This document shows, one piece after another, positions 1 through 12,200 of a stretch of DNA of 64,000 nt. The DNA is from Cyanophora paradoxa CCMP329. Its lineage: Eukaryota; Plantae; Glaucophyta. The stretch covers positions 1 through 64,000 of the forward strand of contig QPMI01000120.1 of the NCBI GenBank assembly GCA_004431415.1, read 5' to 3'. Position numbers and translations under genes: made by a program. Below the pieces are notes generated by a model. The model had not been told where the DNA came from, ran no database searches, and saw only the letters and a list, made by a program, of their open reading frames with translations. The first letter of the stretch is position 1. Every line of letters begins with the position of its first letter.

Positions 1-3000
1 CTTCTACAGGTCCGCTTTTGCAGCTTCTTTGGGCTTTGGGCTCTCGGCTCAAGGATGCTCCGCTCGCCCCGCCCCGCCCCGCCCCGCCCCGTTGGGCCCC
101 GCAGCGCGCGCTCCGGGGTGGACTCGCTGCTCGTGACCCCCACCTCGAAGGCCTCGGCCCGGCAGCGCGCCGGCCGCGCGGGGCGCGTCCGCCCGGTGCG
201 CACGCTTGGCGGCGGCGGCGCCCTCGGCGGAGTCCGATAAGTTAAAAGTCCGAGTCCAAGCCCGAAGAAGAAGGCCTGACCTCCCTCCGGGGCGCCTGCG
301 CAGGGCAAGTGCTACCGGCTCTACACGCACGAGGCGTACGAGAAGCAGCTCCCCGACAACGACCTCCCCGAGATGCAGCGGCGCGCCCCTCTTGCCCCCG
401 CCCCCCCCCCTCCGCGCCTCTTACCCTCGCCCCCTCCCTCCCACCCCTCACCTCTTACCCCTCTCCGCCTCTCCCGCCTCTTACCACTTACCCCCGCCCC
501 CCAGGACAAACCTGGAGCCTGTGATCCTGCAGCTGAAGGCCCTCGGCATCGACGACGTCCTCCACTTCGACTTCCTATCCCCGCCCCCCGTGCGCCCCGC
601 CCGCCCTCCCCGCCCCGCTCCGCCCCTCGCTTAGGGCTAGGAGAAGCGCGCTTGCTTCCGCATGGGAATAGGCATAGGATCGCTGCTTGCTAGCATCCGC
701 CCGCCCTGCCCTTCCTCTCCCCGCCCCCCGTGCGCCCCGCTCGCGCCCCCGGACTGGCGGCTCGCCTCTTTCGCGCCGCCCCGAGGAACACGCTCGCCTC
801 TCCCGCGAGCGAGCGAGCGAGCGAGCGCAGCGCCTCTGTTCTCCTAGGATTCTGTTCTCCTTTAGGATTCTATCTAGGGCAAGGGGAAGCTCCTTCTTCT
901 CCTCGCCTCTCCTGCGAGCCCCGCGCCTCCTCTGTCTGAGGCTTGCCTTTGCCTTCGCCGCACGCAGAGCGAGGCGATGGCGAGGGCGCTGGAGGTCCTC
1001 TTCTCGCTCGGCGCCCTCGACGCCGGCTGCCGCCTCACCAAGCCCGTCGGCCAGGTCCGCACATTACATTTCCGAAATTCGGTTGTCCGCCCTGTCCGTG
1101 CCGCCGCCACTGCTGCGGGGCCGTGCCGGGCCGGGCTGGGCCGGTGGTAGTTAGTATATATCTCCGAAATAAGGCTGTACCCCTCTCGCTGCGCTGCAGC
1201 TGCTGACCGCTGCTGCTACGCCGGCGCGTCGCCTCCCGCTGACCGGCCCCGCCGCCTCGCCCCGCCCCCCCGCAGCGGATCGCGGAGATGCCGCTGAGCC
1301 CGGCGGCCGCCCGCTGCCTCCTCCGATCAGCCGACGAGGACCTCTCCTGCTCCAAGGCGAGTCTAATTAGGTCTAATTAGCTAAGCTTAAGCTCCCAAAG
1401 AAACGCTTAATAAGAATCTAATCTAAGAATCTGCGCTGAGCTCCGCCGACGAGGACCTCTCCTGCTCCAATGCGCGCCCGCCCCTCTGCCGTTTCCTTTA
1501 TTGCCGTTTTAAGCATCTGATGGGAATCTAAAGCCCGTGATTAGCTTTGTTCCCTCCAACGCGCTGCGGCCTCTCCGCCCCCCCCCCCCCCCCCTCCTCC
1601 CTCCCCCCACCGCCCCCCCCCCCCCACCCCCACCCCCACCCCCACCCCCCACCCCCCACCCACTTCGCGATTCCTCCTCCGCGTGGCGTGATAAAACCCG
1701 TGATAAGGCGTGGCGGCCCCTCCGTCCTTCCTCCGCCCCTTCCGCCCCGCCCTCGTCCGCCTGCCCCGTGCCCGGCTCTGAGACGCGCCGGCGCCGCGCC
1801 CCGCAGGAGATGCTCACCATCGCCGCCATGCTCTCTGTCCAGGTCCTCCCCCCCTTCCCTTTCCTGTACCCCTCCGCGTGCCCCTCCCCGCGCTCCGCTT
1901 ACAGTCTCCCCCCGCCTTGTCTCGCCTCGCCGCAGGGCGTGTGGGTCATGCGGCGAGACTCGACCGCCGACGTGCGCCCGCCCTCCCGCCGGACCCTGGG
2001 GCGGCGCGGGGGCAGGGGCGGGGACAGGGGCGCGGGGCTCGTGGGGGGACGGTGGGCGCGGCACGGCGCTCGGGACGCGGGGCGCCGCCCCCGGGATCCT
2101 CAAGGGTCTCGGCGGGGCGCTTTGACGCGGGGCGCGGCGCTCGGGTTTCTTGAGGCCTCGGCCTGACTCGCCGGGGTGCGGCGCAGCTGGAGAACGCGAA
2201 GCGCAAGTTCGCCGTGCTGGAGGGCGACCAGGTGGGGCAACCCGCCCGCCCAATCCAAGTCTAACGACAAGAATCGGATCCTAATCTTTCTTATATTCTT
2301 GCTAGTCGATACTAGTGCCGATCTAGCACAAAGCGGAGCCCCGGGTCCGGAGAGGCCCCCGCTGAGGCTTCGGGGGCCGGCAGGTGTCGCTGCTGAACGT
2401 GTACAACGCGTACACGGCGCAGCGGGCGCGCGTCAACGAGGACCCCGCCCAGCTCGCCCGCGTGCGTGGAGCAACCTTCCCCCCCCCCCCCTCCGCGGGC
2501 CATGGCCGCGGTCCGACCAAGACTAGACGGCTAGAGAACGGATAGAGGACAGCTAGAGGCTAGAGCTAGAAGAAGGCTAGGGGGCACGCTTGGAGCTCTC
2601 CTCTAGCAAACCTAGCGACGCGCCCCCCCCCCCCCCCCCCCCCTTCCCTCCTCCCCCCCTACCTCGGAGAACGAGAGGATAGAGCGGCGCTGCGGCCCCG
2701 CCCCCCGCTCGCTCCCCCCGCCCCCTTTCTGAGCCCTTCGGACGGCAGTGGTGCGCGGAGAACTTTTTGAACATCCGGGCGATGGAGCGGGCCCGCTTCG
2801 TCCGCAAGCAGCTCCGCTCCTACTTCAAGCGATACAGCGTGCGCCCGTCGCTTATTTGTTTGTTGCTTGCTTGTTGTTAATTAGAGCGCTTCTTTTAAAG
2901 AAGATAGTACTATATTAGAAGATAGAAATTATTGGTAATCAGAAGCGCTTCCTTTCTTGAAGAAGAAATCATTAGAAGATAGTAGTAATAAGAAGCGTTT

Positions 3001-3748
3001 TTATTTCTTTCTTGCTGCCTCCTGCTGTCTTTCTTCGTTCTTTTTGCTCTGGTTCCGACTGCGAGCGCGCAGCTGCCGGTGGTGAGCTGCAGGGGCAACA
3101 CGCTCAACCTTCGCAAGGCAATCGTCTCCGGGTACCCTCCCCCTCCCCTTCCCCCCCTCCCCGGCTCCTGCCTCTCACCGGCCCGCCCCCCGCGCAGCTT
3201 CTTCGCGCAGGCAGGCAAGCTGCAGGCCGACGGAACGTACACGACCCTCAAGGGCTCCGCATCCATGTACCCCCAGCTCCTTCCCCCTCGCCCACCCGAG
3301 CCCGGTTCTCACCCCCGGCAGGTCGATCCACCCCTCGTCGGTCCTGTTCCGGGCCGCCCCGCCCTGGGTCGTCTACCACGACCTCCTGTACACGACCAAG
3401 GTACGCCCGCCGTACCCCCACCCTTCCGATCTGACTTTCGCCGCAGCACTTCATGCGGGACGTCACGCCGATCGAGCCCGAGTGGCTGCCGGAGATGGCC
3501 CCCCAGTTCTACGAGTCCGTACCCCCCTTCCCCCCTTCCCCCCCCCCCTTCCTCCGCCGACGCGGCGTGCGCAGGTACGAGCAGCGGACCCTCGTGCGGA
3601 ACGACGTGCGCCGTACCCCCCTCCGCCCCCCGTGCCCCCGCTCCCTCTCACTGCGCCCCAGGCCTACATCAACGCGCCGGATCGGCCCCTGCCCAAGAGC
3701 GGCACCGCGGGCGTGCTGAAGGGGCCGGCCCGCCCCGCCGGCTACTAG
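1..3748 (+). CDS. DHX35: DEAH-box RNA helicase, DHX35-like; 3' part only (multi-exon, start lies upstream of the window)
   Basis: Spliced translation gives motif VI [22 protein letters not shown], then [34 protein letters not shown], the HA2 region (ALEVLFSLGALD..IAEMPLSP..EMLTIAAMLSVQ) and the OB-fold ([44 protein letters not shown]). Stop at 3746-3748. The subfamily call is from memory of the family. Confidence 0.85.
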
Positions 3749-4126
3749 CTGTAGCTAGACGCAGCCGAAGATATGATCGATATCGACGGCCAGCTGCGAG
3801 GTTTGATTTCGGCTTTGCGACATCACGTACGTGTAGTACTGCTCTGCTATGTGTACGAAAGAACGTGATATACGACGACTTCAATTGACGGCCAGCAAGC
3901 CGGGCTCGAGCTCCGAATGCTCACGCACGAGCCCTTCCCCCCCCCCCCCCCCCCCCCCCCCCCTTCTCCTTCGAATTCCCGCCCCTCCCCGCCACCCCAC
4001 CCCCTTTTCGCCAGGCCGGTTGTGATTAAGGATAAGGGCTAGCTCGAATGCACTGCGTCCGACAGGTACATATGCAGCTGATGACTATGAAACGAGATAA
4101 ACGAAAGCGAGCGCGGCCGCACAGGG

Positions 4127-5977
4127 CTACAGGGGCAGCGGGGGCCCGGCGAGGGGCCCCTCGGGGGGGCGAACGAGGTCCGAGAGGATGGGCCCCGGGC
4201 CCGGGACGGAGGCGGGGGCACCGGGGCCCCTCAGGGACAGGAAGGGGTTCGGGGCGGCCCAGCCGGCCAGGAGGAGAGTCCCGGGAGGCCGCGCGGTCTC
4301 GGGCAGCATGGGGAATGGCGAGAGGAGGGGCGGGGCGGGCGGGGCGGGGGGCGGGGCGAGGAGGGAGGGGGCGGAGGGCGGGGAGGGCCCGTGGGGGCTT
4401 TCGCCGCAGTGGCGCTTGGCAGAGGCAATGGCGCGGCCCACGGCGGCGCGCATCGGGAGGGCGAAGAGGGCCGGGCTGGAGCGCGCCGGCGGGGCCGGGC
4501 CGGCGCCCTCGCAGTCCATCCCGTCCGTGGGGGATCCGGAGTACCCTTTAGTGGAGGGCGAGATGGCGGCTAGGCCTCCGGCGGCGCCGGGGATGGGGAT
4601 CGCGGAGGAAGAAGAGGAGGAGGCGGCGGCGGGGCTGTGCCGGAAGGCGTGCGCCCCGTGGAAGGCGGGGCGGGGCGGCTGGACGGCCGAAGCGTACGGG
4701 GGGGCGGAGGAGGAGGAGGGTACGGGGCGGATGACGGGGGAGAGAGCCATGGCGTCGGCGGGAGGGGGATGGAAGGCGAACGCGGCCCCGGGGGGGGCCG
4801 CCCCGTGCGCCCCTGCGGCGCCCTTGGACGACCCCGAGCGCCGCACCCGCGGGCCGTGCCCGAACGGCTGCGGCGAGTGCCGCGGGCTGCAAACCCGGTC
4901 CGAGTCAGGGGGGGGGGGGGGGGGGGGGCGGAATCGGGGGGGAGGGGGGGTGTAGAAGCGCGCCTGTTCCAGGGGGAGCAGTTGCGGGAGGAGCGGGGGG
5001 AGCTCATCGGGCTGCCCGAGTCGGAGATGCCGCCGCCGGCGCTGACGCGGAAGAGTTTGCGCTTCTTGGAGGGCGCCTCCGGCAGCGAGTCGAGCCGCAG
5101 CGAGGCCAGGCTCGACGAGTCGCTCATGTCGTCCACGTGCGAGCAGCGCCCGCAGAGCCTGCGCCCCGCGGCCGGTTCGATCAAAGGGCGGGGCGGGGCG
5201 GGGCGGGGCGGGGCGGCGCGGCGCGCCAGTCAGGCGGGGGCGAGATGCGGAGGGCCGGGCCGCTGGGCGGGTTCTCGGAGCATCCCGGATGGTAAATCGC
5301 GTCGCAGGCTTTACAATGGAGCGAGTGCGCCGCCTCGACAGGCCGCGCGCAGGCCTCACAGTGGGGCAGCGCCTGCGCCGGCGGGGGCGCCCGGGGCGGG
5401 TGCGGCGCGATCTGGATGGTCTCCGTCGCCACGCCGTCCACCTCGCGGACTATCGCCGTGTACTTCGTGCTGCACCGCGGGCAGTCGTCGTTCACCTGCG
5501 CAGCCGCCCGCCTCTCAGCGCCGGCCGAACACGGGGTGCCGCGGGCCCGGGACCCGCGCCCCGGCGCGCCTTCGAGGCGAACACGATGCACATGTAGCAG
5601 AAGGAGTGCGCGCACGTTGCCTGCAGCACGCCGCGGTCCCGCCCGATCTCCTGGGCGGAGGTTCAGATCCAGCAGCCGATCAGAGTCTTGATCGGGCCGC
5701 GGACCTTCAAGCAGATGGTACAGTGCGCATCGTGGATTTGTCTCGGATCGACTCCGGGCCGTGCATGGACCAGCACACGTTCGCGGATCCGCCGCTACAG
5801 TGTTGTTCAGATGGCGCACTCGGTTGCCGGCCAGAGCAGGCAGCGGGGAATCCCGACGTGCGCCAGACCGCATCATCGGATCGATGAGCATCGTACCTGG
5901 AACTGTGCGAAGTACGGGCTCGTCGGCCGCGGCTTGGCGCCCGGACCGTCAGGCACCTTCGCCGGGCCACGCTCCAT
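4127..5977 (-). CDS. RING (C3HC4) + PHD finger protein with Pro/Ser-rich tail (PHRF1-like architecture)
   Basis: Exons join to MERGPAK..AQFQ|RRIRERVL..HCTICLK|EIGRDRGVLQATCAHSFCYMCIVFASK|VNDDCPRC (RING), then CEAC..LHCKACDAIYHPGC..W|RLCGRC (PHD). One intron uses a GC donor. Stop at 4127. Confidence 0.8.
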
Positions 5978-6280
5978 GGAGCGAGGGCGCTCAAAGACGC
6001 TGATGCTTGGCTGGGGGCCGTGCCGGAGTTAGGGCATCTGGATCGGCGTTCGCAAGCGGCGTGGCCTGGGTAGGGTACAGAGTCCTCGCACGTCTACGGA
6101 CTACCCCCCTTCTCCCGCGCTTTGCGCCGCCGCCTGCAGCGGTTCACGGTGTCGGTCGTGGAGTGCATCGAGACGATCGCCAAGATCGCCTCTAGATCTG
6201 CAACAAGCGCCTCGCGCCGAGCCGCTCTCGGCCCGCAAGCGTTCGAGCCGGCCCCTGCGGAGCGGGACTCGCTGCGGGAG

Positions 6281-9200
6281 ATGAGCAGGCCTCGGGACTT
6301 CTCGGATCTCATCACAAACCCGGCGATGGAGTTCATCGATGATGGAGACCCGCGATTTGCGGACTCGCCGTCCGGCTCAACGCTAGCTAGGCTTGTCGCT
6401 GAGCCGGACGCGGGATCCGTCGACAGTCTGCAGGCGGAGCTCGCCAACACGATTGCGCGCGATGAGTTCTGGCTGCACGGCGCCGGCGCGGCGGACACGA
6501 GCGTGCAGGAGGCGCCGCCGGAGGCGCCGCCCCTGCAGCCTCCGACGGCAGACACGAGCGCGTACAGCGCGGCTGCGGACGCGGCGGGCACCGCGGATGC
6601 CGCGCCCGTGCGGGCGTCGTACGAGCCCCGGCCCGAGCGGCAGCTGCACTTTGGGACGCCGGCTGCCGCCTCGGGAAGCGACCCTCTCCGGGCTTCCTCT
6701 GCGTTCTTCCCGCCCGCGCCGGCCCCGGCGCCCTTCCCGCCCCCGCCGGACTCGGCGCCCCCGGCCGCCGTCCCCGTCCCGCCCTCCGTCGCCTCCGTGC
6801 GCGTCCCGCCGCCGTCCTACGCGTCGGGACCCGCCTCCCTGCGCGCCCCGCCGCCATCTTACGCAACGGGATCGGCCTCCGTTCACGCTCCGCCGCCGTC
6901 TTACGCCACGGGGCCCCCCTCCCGCGCCGCCCCGTCCTCTGCTTCCCTCCCCTCCGCGCCCGCTGTGCCGAGCGTCTCCGCCCCGGCGACCGTGCGCCCC
7001 GCCCAGCGCCGCTGCGCTCTCCGGCTAAGGCCTTTCGCTGACGCGGCCCGCTGCGCGCAGCCGGCCTCGGCGTCTGGCGGCGCCCCGGCCTCGCCGGGCC
7101 CGGGGGCGGCCCCGGAGTGGGCCCACGTGAACCGCGTGCTAGCGGAGAACGGCTTTGGCGCGGTTCCCGCCTCGGCGCTCGCGGCGAACGGGTGGCAGGC
7201 GACGCCGGGCGCGCGGGTCGTTCGCGAGGTCCTCGTCGAGGTCCTGGGCCAGTGGGAGCGACGGGGGCGGCTCCTCGCGGACCTCACGCAGTCCGCCGAC
7301 GCCGCCCGCGCCGCCGAGAAGCGGTGCGTGCGCTCTGCGGGCCCCGGCCGCTTCCGCCGCCGCCGCCGCCGCCGCCCACGACCACGCCCCCGCCCCGCAG
7401 GGCCGAGAAGGAGGCGGACCTCGTCCGCGCAGAGAACGGTCGCCTGGTGGACGAGGTGCGACCGACCGACCGGCCGGCCGCGCCCTCGGCGCGGCTCGGC
7501 GCCGGTCGGCGCGCCGTCTGACCGACCGACCGGCGCGGGCGCGCTCGCAGGTGAAGAAGCTGGCGCGGGAGGCGGACGAGGCGCGCGATTCCGCCCGTGA
7601 CGCCGCGCGGCAGCGGGCCGAGGAGGTGCGTACGAAGCCAGCCGTCCCTCGCTCGCTCGCGGGCTCGCCAAGCGATCGGGCGCGGCGCGGCAGGTTCGGC
7701 GGCTTGAGCTGCAGGCCGCGGGCGCGGCGCAGCGCCTCGCGTCGGTGGAGAGTACGCTTCGGTCCAAGGAGCGAGAGCTCCAGCGCATGCAGGTCCGTCC
7801 CCGCCCGCCGAGGCCCTAGCTCCGGGGCGAGGCTCTAGCTTCGGGGCCGGCTCTACCAGCTACGGGCGAGAGTCTGTCTCAGCGACGGGAATCGAGCGGG
7901 GCCGGGGCGGTGCAGCAGGAGCTAACTCTTGTAGCTCCAGCGCCTAGCTTCCGCTCGCTCTCTAAACTAAAGAGTCTAGCTAAGAGACGGGAGTCTAGCT
8001 TCCCCACGCGAAGCGAGGCGAAGGGAAGCGTGTCTGAGCGGGCCGGGCCCGTCCGGGGCGGCAGGAGCTTCAGCGCCTAGCTTCCCCAAGAGTCTCTAAG
8101 AGTCTAGCTAAGGAGGAGAGTGCTCGTCCGGAGCGGCAGGAGCGCTCGCTCTCTAAAGAGTCTAGCTTAGGGAAGGGAGCCTAGCTTCCCCACGCAAACC
8201 TGTCTGAACGAGCCCGTCGGGGGCGGCAGGAGCGGGTTCTGGCGGACGTGCAGCGCGAAGAGCAGCGGCGCGACCGCGAGCGGAAGGCCCTCGCGGAGGC
8301 CACTGGGCGCCCGACCCGCCCCGGCTCCGTCGCCGACCGCCAGCTCGCCCAGGCGCGCGCGCTCGTACCCCCTTTTCTCACGCCCCATCAATCTTCACCT
8401 GAGCCGTCCGCTCCCAGATCGTGGCGGGGTACGAGTCGCAGAAGGAGGCGGCGGCGGCGGAGCTGAAGTTCCTGCGGTGCGGTCCCGGCGCCCCGCCCCA
8501 CCAGACCCTCCCTCTCGAACCTTGACTTAGCACTTTAGAAAGTCGGGCTGTGGCGCCGCCGCCCCGCGCCCCCCATCCCGCCCGCCCTTAGGCTGACCGC
8601 CCCTTCCCACCCCCGCAGGCGGGAGGTCCGCAACCTGACGAACCAGGTACCCCCCGCCCGGCTCCCTCGTAACCCTCCCCCTCCCTTCCCCCGCTCACCT
8701 GAGACTGCGGCAGCTGAAGCAGCGGGACAACGCGGCGGCGGCCGGCCTGGCGCAGCCCGTGCGGGACGCGGGGCCCGCCTCCCCTGGCGGCGCCAACGAG
8801 GAGGAGGAGGGCGCCGCCGGCGAGGGCGCCGCCGCCTCGGGCGGGTCGACGCCCTTCGGTACCCCCCTGCGGCCCTCGCGGCCGGCCTCCGGTGTCTCCG
8901 TCACCCGCCGGCCCGTCGTCAGCGCCACCCCGAACCCAGGGTACCCCCCCTTCTCTCCGTCCTCCCCTTTTGTTCTGATACCCCCCGGCAGGCTCGGGCG
9001 GCAGCGGCCGGCGAGCCAGGCCGAGGTCGACGCGGAGCTCGAGGCGCGCCGTACCCCCCCCCCCCCGCGCTCCCTCTACTCCCCCCCCCTCCTGATTCGC
9101 ACGGCAGCTGCGGCGGGTTCGCGAGGAGGCGGCGGAGCAGTTGCACGCGGCCGAGCGAAAGGCGCGGCGGCCCCTCCCCCGACTGTTTGGGTACCCCCCA

Positions 9201-12200
9201 GAAGCTCACTGTACCCCCCGCAGATTCGGGAGCTGGAGCGGCGCGCGGCCGACGCAGAGCGACTCCGCGAGGAGGCCGCCTTCGAGCTCGAGGTACCCCC
9301 CTCTTACCTGCCCCCTCCCCCCCCGCTTCGTTCGCCGGGGCCGACGGCGGCGCTCCGCTCGCTTCGTTCGCAGACGCGACCGACGCTGCGGGAGATGCAC
9401 GAGCGGCAGCTCCTCGTCGAGCGCCTCCAGGCCCGTACCCCCCGCCCCCCCCCCCCCCCCCCCCCCCCACCCCACCCCCCGCTCCGCTTCGCCCAAAGAC
9501 GAGGCCGCCCAACCCCCTGCTACTCCGTCCCGCCCCGCCCTCCCCGCTCTAGACCTGCACCCGAGGCCGCCCGGCCCGCCCGCCTGCCCGGCCTTGCCGC
9601 GCCCCGCCCCGCCTGCCCTGCGCTTGACGCGGGGCGGCCCGCAGGCGCGCGCGGAGGCCGCCGAGGACGAGCTCGCCCGCCACCGCCAGAGGCGCGCCGT
9701 ACACCCCCGGCGCCCCCGTACCCCCCTGACGCGGCCGCGCAGCATGGGCCTCGCGGCGACGGACTACGCGGAGTGGTCGCTGGGCCCAGGCCCCCGAGGC
9801 GGCTCGGCCATGGGCGGGCCTTTCGAGGCCTCCTGGACCGCCGGCGGCTCCCCGCTCGACGCCTCCCGCCCCAGGCACGCACGCGCCTCACCCCTGTACC
9901 CCCTCCCCCGCCTCACCCCCCCCCTCCTAGGAGGGAGGCGGAGGGCCCGGGTACGCGGGAGGCGATCCGGAGGGACCGGGAGGCGCACCGGCTGAACCTG
10001 CACGCGGTGCCCTACCACGTCTCCAAGCAGATACTCCTCGTGCGCTCCGGCCTCGTAGGCGGGCAGAGGTGGAGCTGGGGGCGGGGCAGATAGAAGAGAT
10101 AGATGGAGATGGAGATGGAGATCCCGGGGCGGGGGCGGATAGCCAAGGACAGCCAAGGATAGGATGGTCCAGGCTAAGGCGCCCAGCTAAGGCTAAGACT
10201 CAGAACAGCCGCCCTCCTCCTCGTGTGCGCCCCGGCCCGGCCTCGGAGGCGGGCAGAGGTGGAGGGTGGTGGCGGGCGCGGATAGCCAAGGGGAGCCAAG
10301 GATAGGATAGCCTAGTCTAAGGCTAAGGAGAGCCGCCCCGGCTCCAGAGGCTAGGGCCCAGGCCGCCCCCTCTTGTTCTCTCTGACTGGGCGCCCGGCCC
10401 GGCCCGGCCCGGCCCGGGAGCCGTTCCGCCCCCTCTCTTCCCTCTGGAGCCGGGCCGCCCCCTCTTATTCTCTCTGACGGGGGACCCGTGCCGGCTCGGC
10501 CTGGGCGCAGGAGCTGTGCCAGGAACTAGACGTGAAGGACGTCGGCGACCTCGTCCCCGCCGCCGCCCGCCTCGCCAAGGCAGGCCGCCCCCTCCAGCCT
10601 TCTTCTTTATGAGCCCTTTCTGAGCCTTCTGAGCAGTCCGCCCTGGCCGTCCCGCGCCTCGAGCGGGTGCGCCGGGCCCCCCTATCCGTTTACTTATCCG
10701 CCCCTGCGCTCGAGCTCGCACCCGACCGCCCGCGCAGTTCGTGCGGGAGGTCTGCGACGCGGTGGACGGCGTGCGGCCCTTCGACAAGGTCCGCCCCCCC
10801 CCCCCCCCCCCCCCCCCCCCCGCCCCCGCTCTCTTCCCTCCCTCCCCCCCCCTCCACCCCCCCCTCCGCCCCCTTCTTCTTCTTCTCGGCCGGGTGGGGG
10901 GCTGCTGCTCAGCCGATTAGCTAGGATCGCTGCGAGGCGCAGATCTAGAGCCGCGCGCTAGCCAGCCATCTAGCGCCTCCGATGCTAGATGGCTAGACTG
11001 CGTCTCCGCTTCGCCGAGGGCCGCTGAGCGAGCTTGGCGTGACGGGGCGGGCGGGCGGCAGCTGCGGGAGGGCGGGCCCGGGCACAACGCGGAGTCCGCC
11101 CTCGCGACCCTCCGGACGGCCCTCGCATCCGTCCGCCTCGTCGACCAGCTCACGGTACCCCTCTTCCCCTCGTTCCCCCCCTCCTCCTTCTGGCCTTAGC
11201 CGGGCGCAGGAGTTCCGCTCTGCGGTGGCGTCGGAGCTCGGCGCGCGCGCCAACATGTCTCCGGAGCGAGCCAAGGCGCGCGCGCCCGTACCCCTCCGCC
11301 GCCCCCGCCCCCCGTCCCCGGCGCCGCCTCACATAGCCTCCAGGAGCTCGAGCGGGCCCCGACGGGTACCCTCGCCGCCATAGTCCGCGAGCTCGTCCAG
11401 GTACCCCCCTGCCTTTCTCCCCCCCCTGCACCCTCTTTCCCGTCCTAACCCGTACCCCAGGTGGAGCGCGTGGCCCTCGCGTCCAAGGACACGATGAAGC
11501 ACGCCGCCACCTTCCTCCACGTACCCCCCTTCCCTGCCTCCCCTTCCCATGTACCCTGTCGAATCCTGGGGGTGCAGGACGAGCCCGAGGCGGCGGTCTC
11601 GAAGATGGTGTCCCACTTCATGCACCTGTTCGACGTGCGTACCCCCCTCCCCTTCCCCTCGCCCTCTGTGTACCCCGCCCTGAGTCTCCTTCTTCTCCTC
11701 AGGTCCGCTCCTTAGAGGGAGGTGCGGGGCACCTGCGTTTTGCGCCTCTACTGAACCCCCCTAAGCCTATACCCCCCTTTCGCTGCAGTCTTCCCCAAGA
11801 TGAACGAGATTTACCTCCTTGTGAACCAGGCGCGTCCGCTCGGGCCCGCAGTACCCCCTTGTCTCTCAACTGAACCGCACCCCCCTCCCGCAGGCGAACA
11901 ACGTGCTCTCGGTCATGCGGGGGATGCTGGGCCTCGGTTCGGATCCCCGCGGGGCCTTTTCTTGTCCAAGCTCAATCCTACCCCTCCCCGCCACAGACCC
12001 GAAGGCGTCTTTCAACGCATGCCTCGCCGCCCTACGATCCTCCCTGGACCGCGTCTCCGCCGCCCAGGTACCCCCCCCCCACGCTGTGGCCGGATTCACG
12101 TACCCCTCCCCCGCCCGACCCGCCCCGCAGGCCTTCGCTATGTCGGCCTTCGGCGATGCCGCCGACCGCGTGCGTGCCGTACCCCTCTTGTTCTCCGTAC

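Noticed and set aside
5800-5825. ECAI-TGA on the minus strand as a Sec-containing RING motif
   Set aside because: It lies inside predicted intron 1. The real RING start is HCTIC in the next exon.
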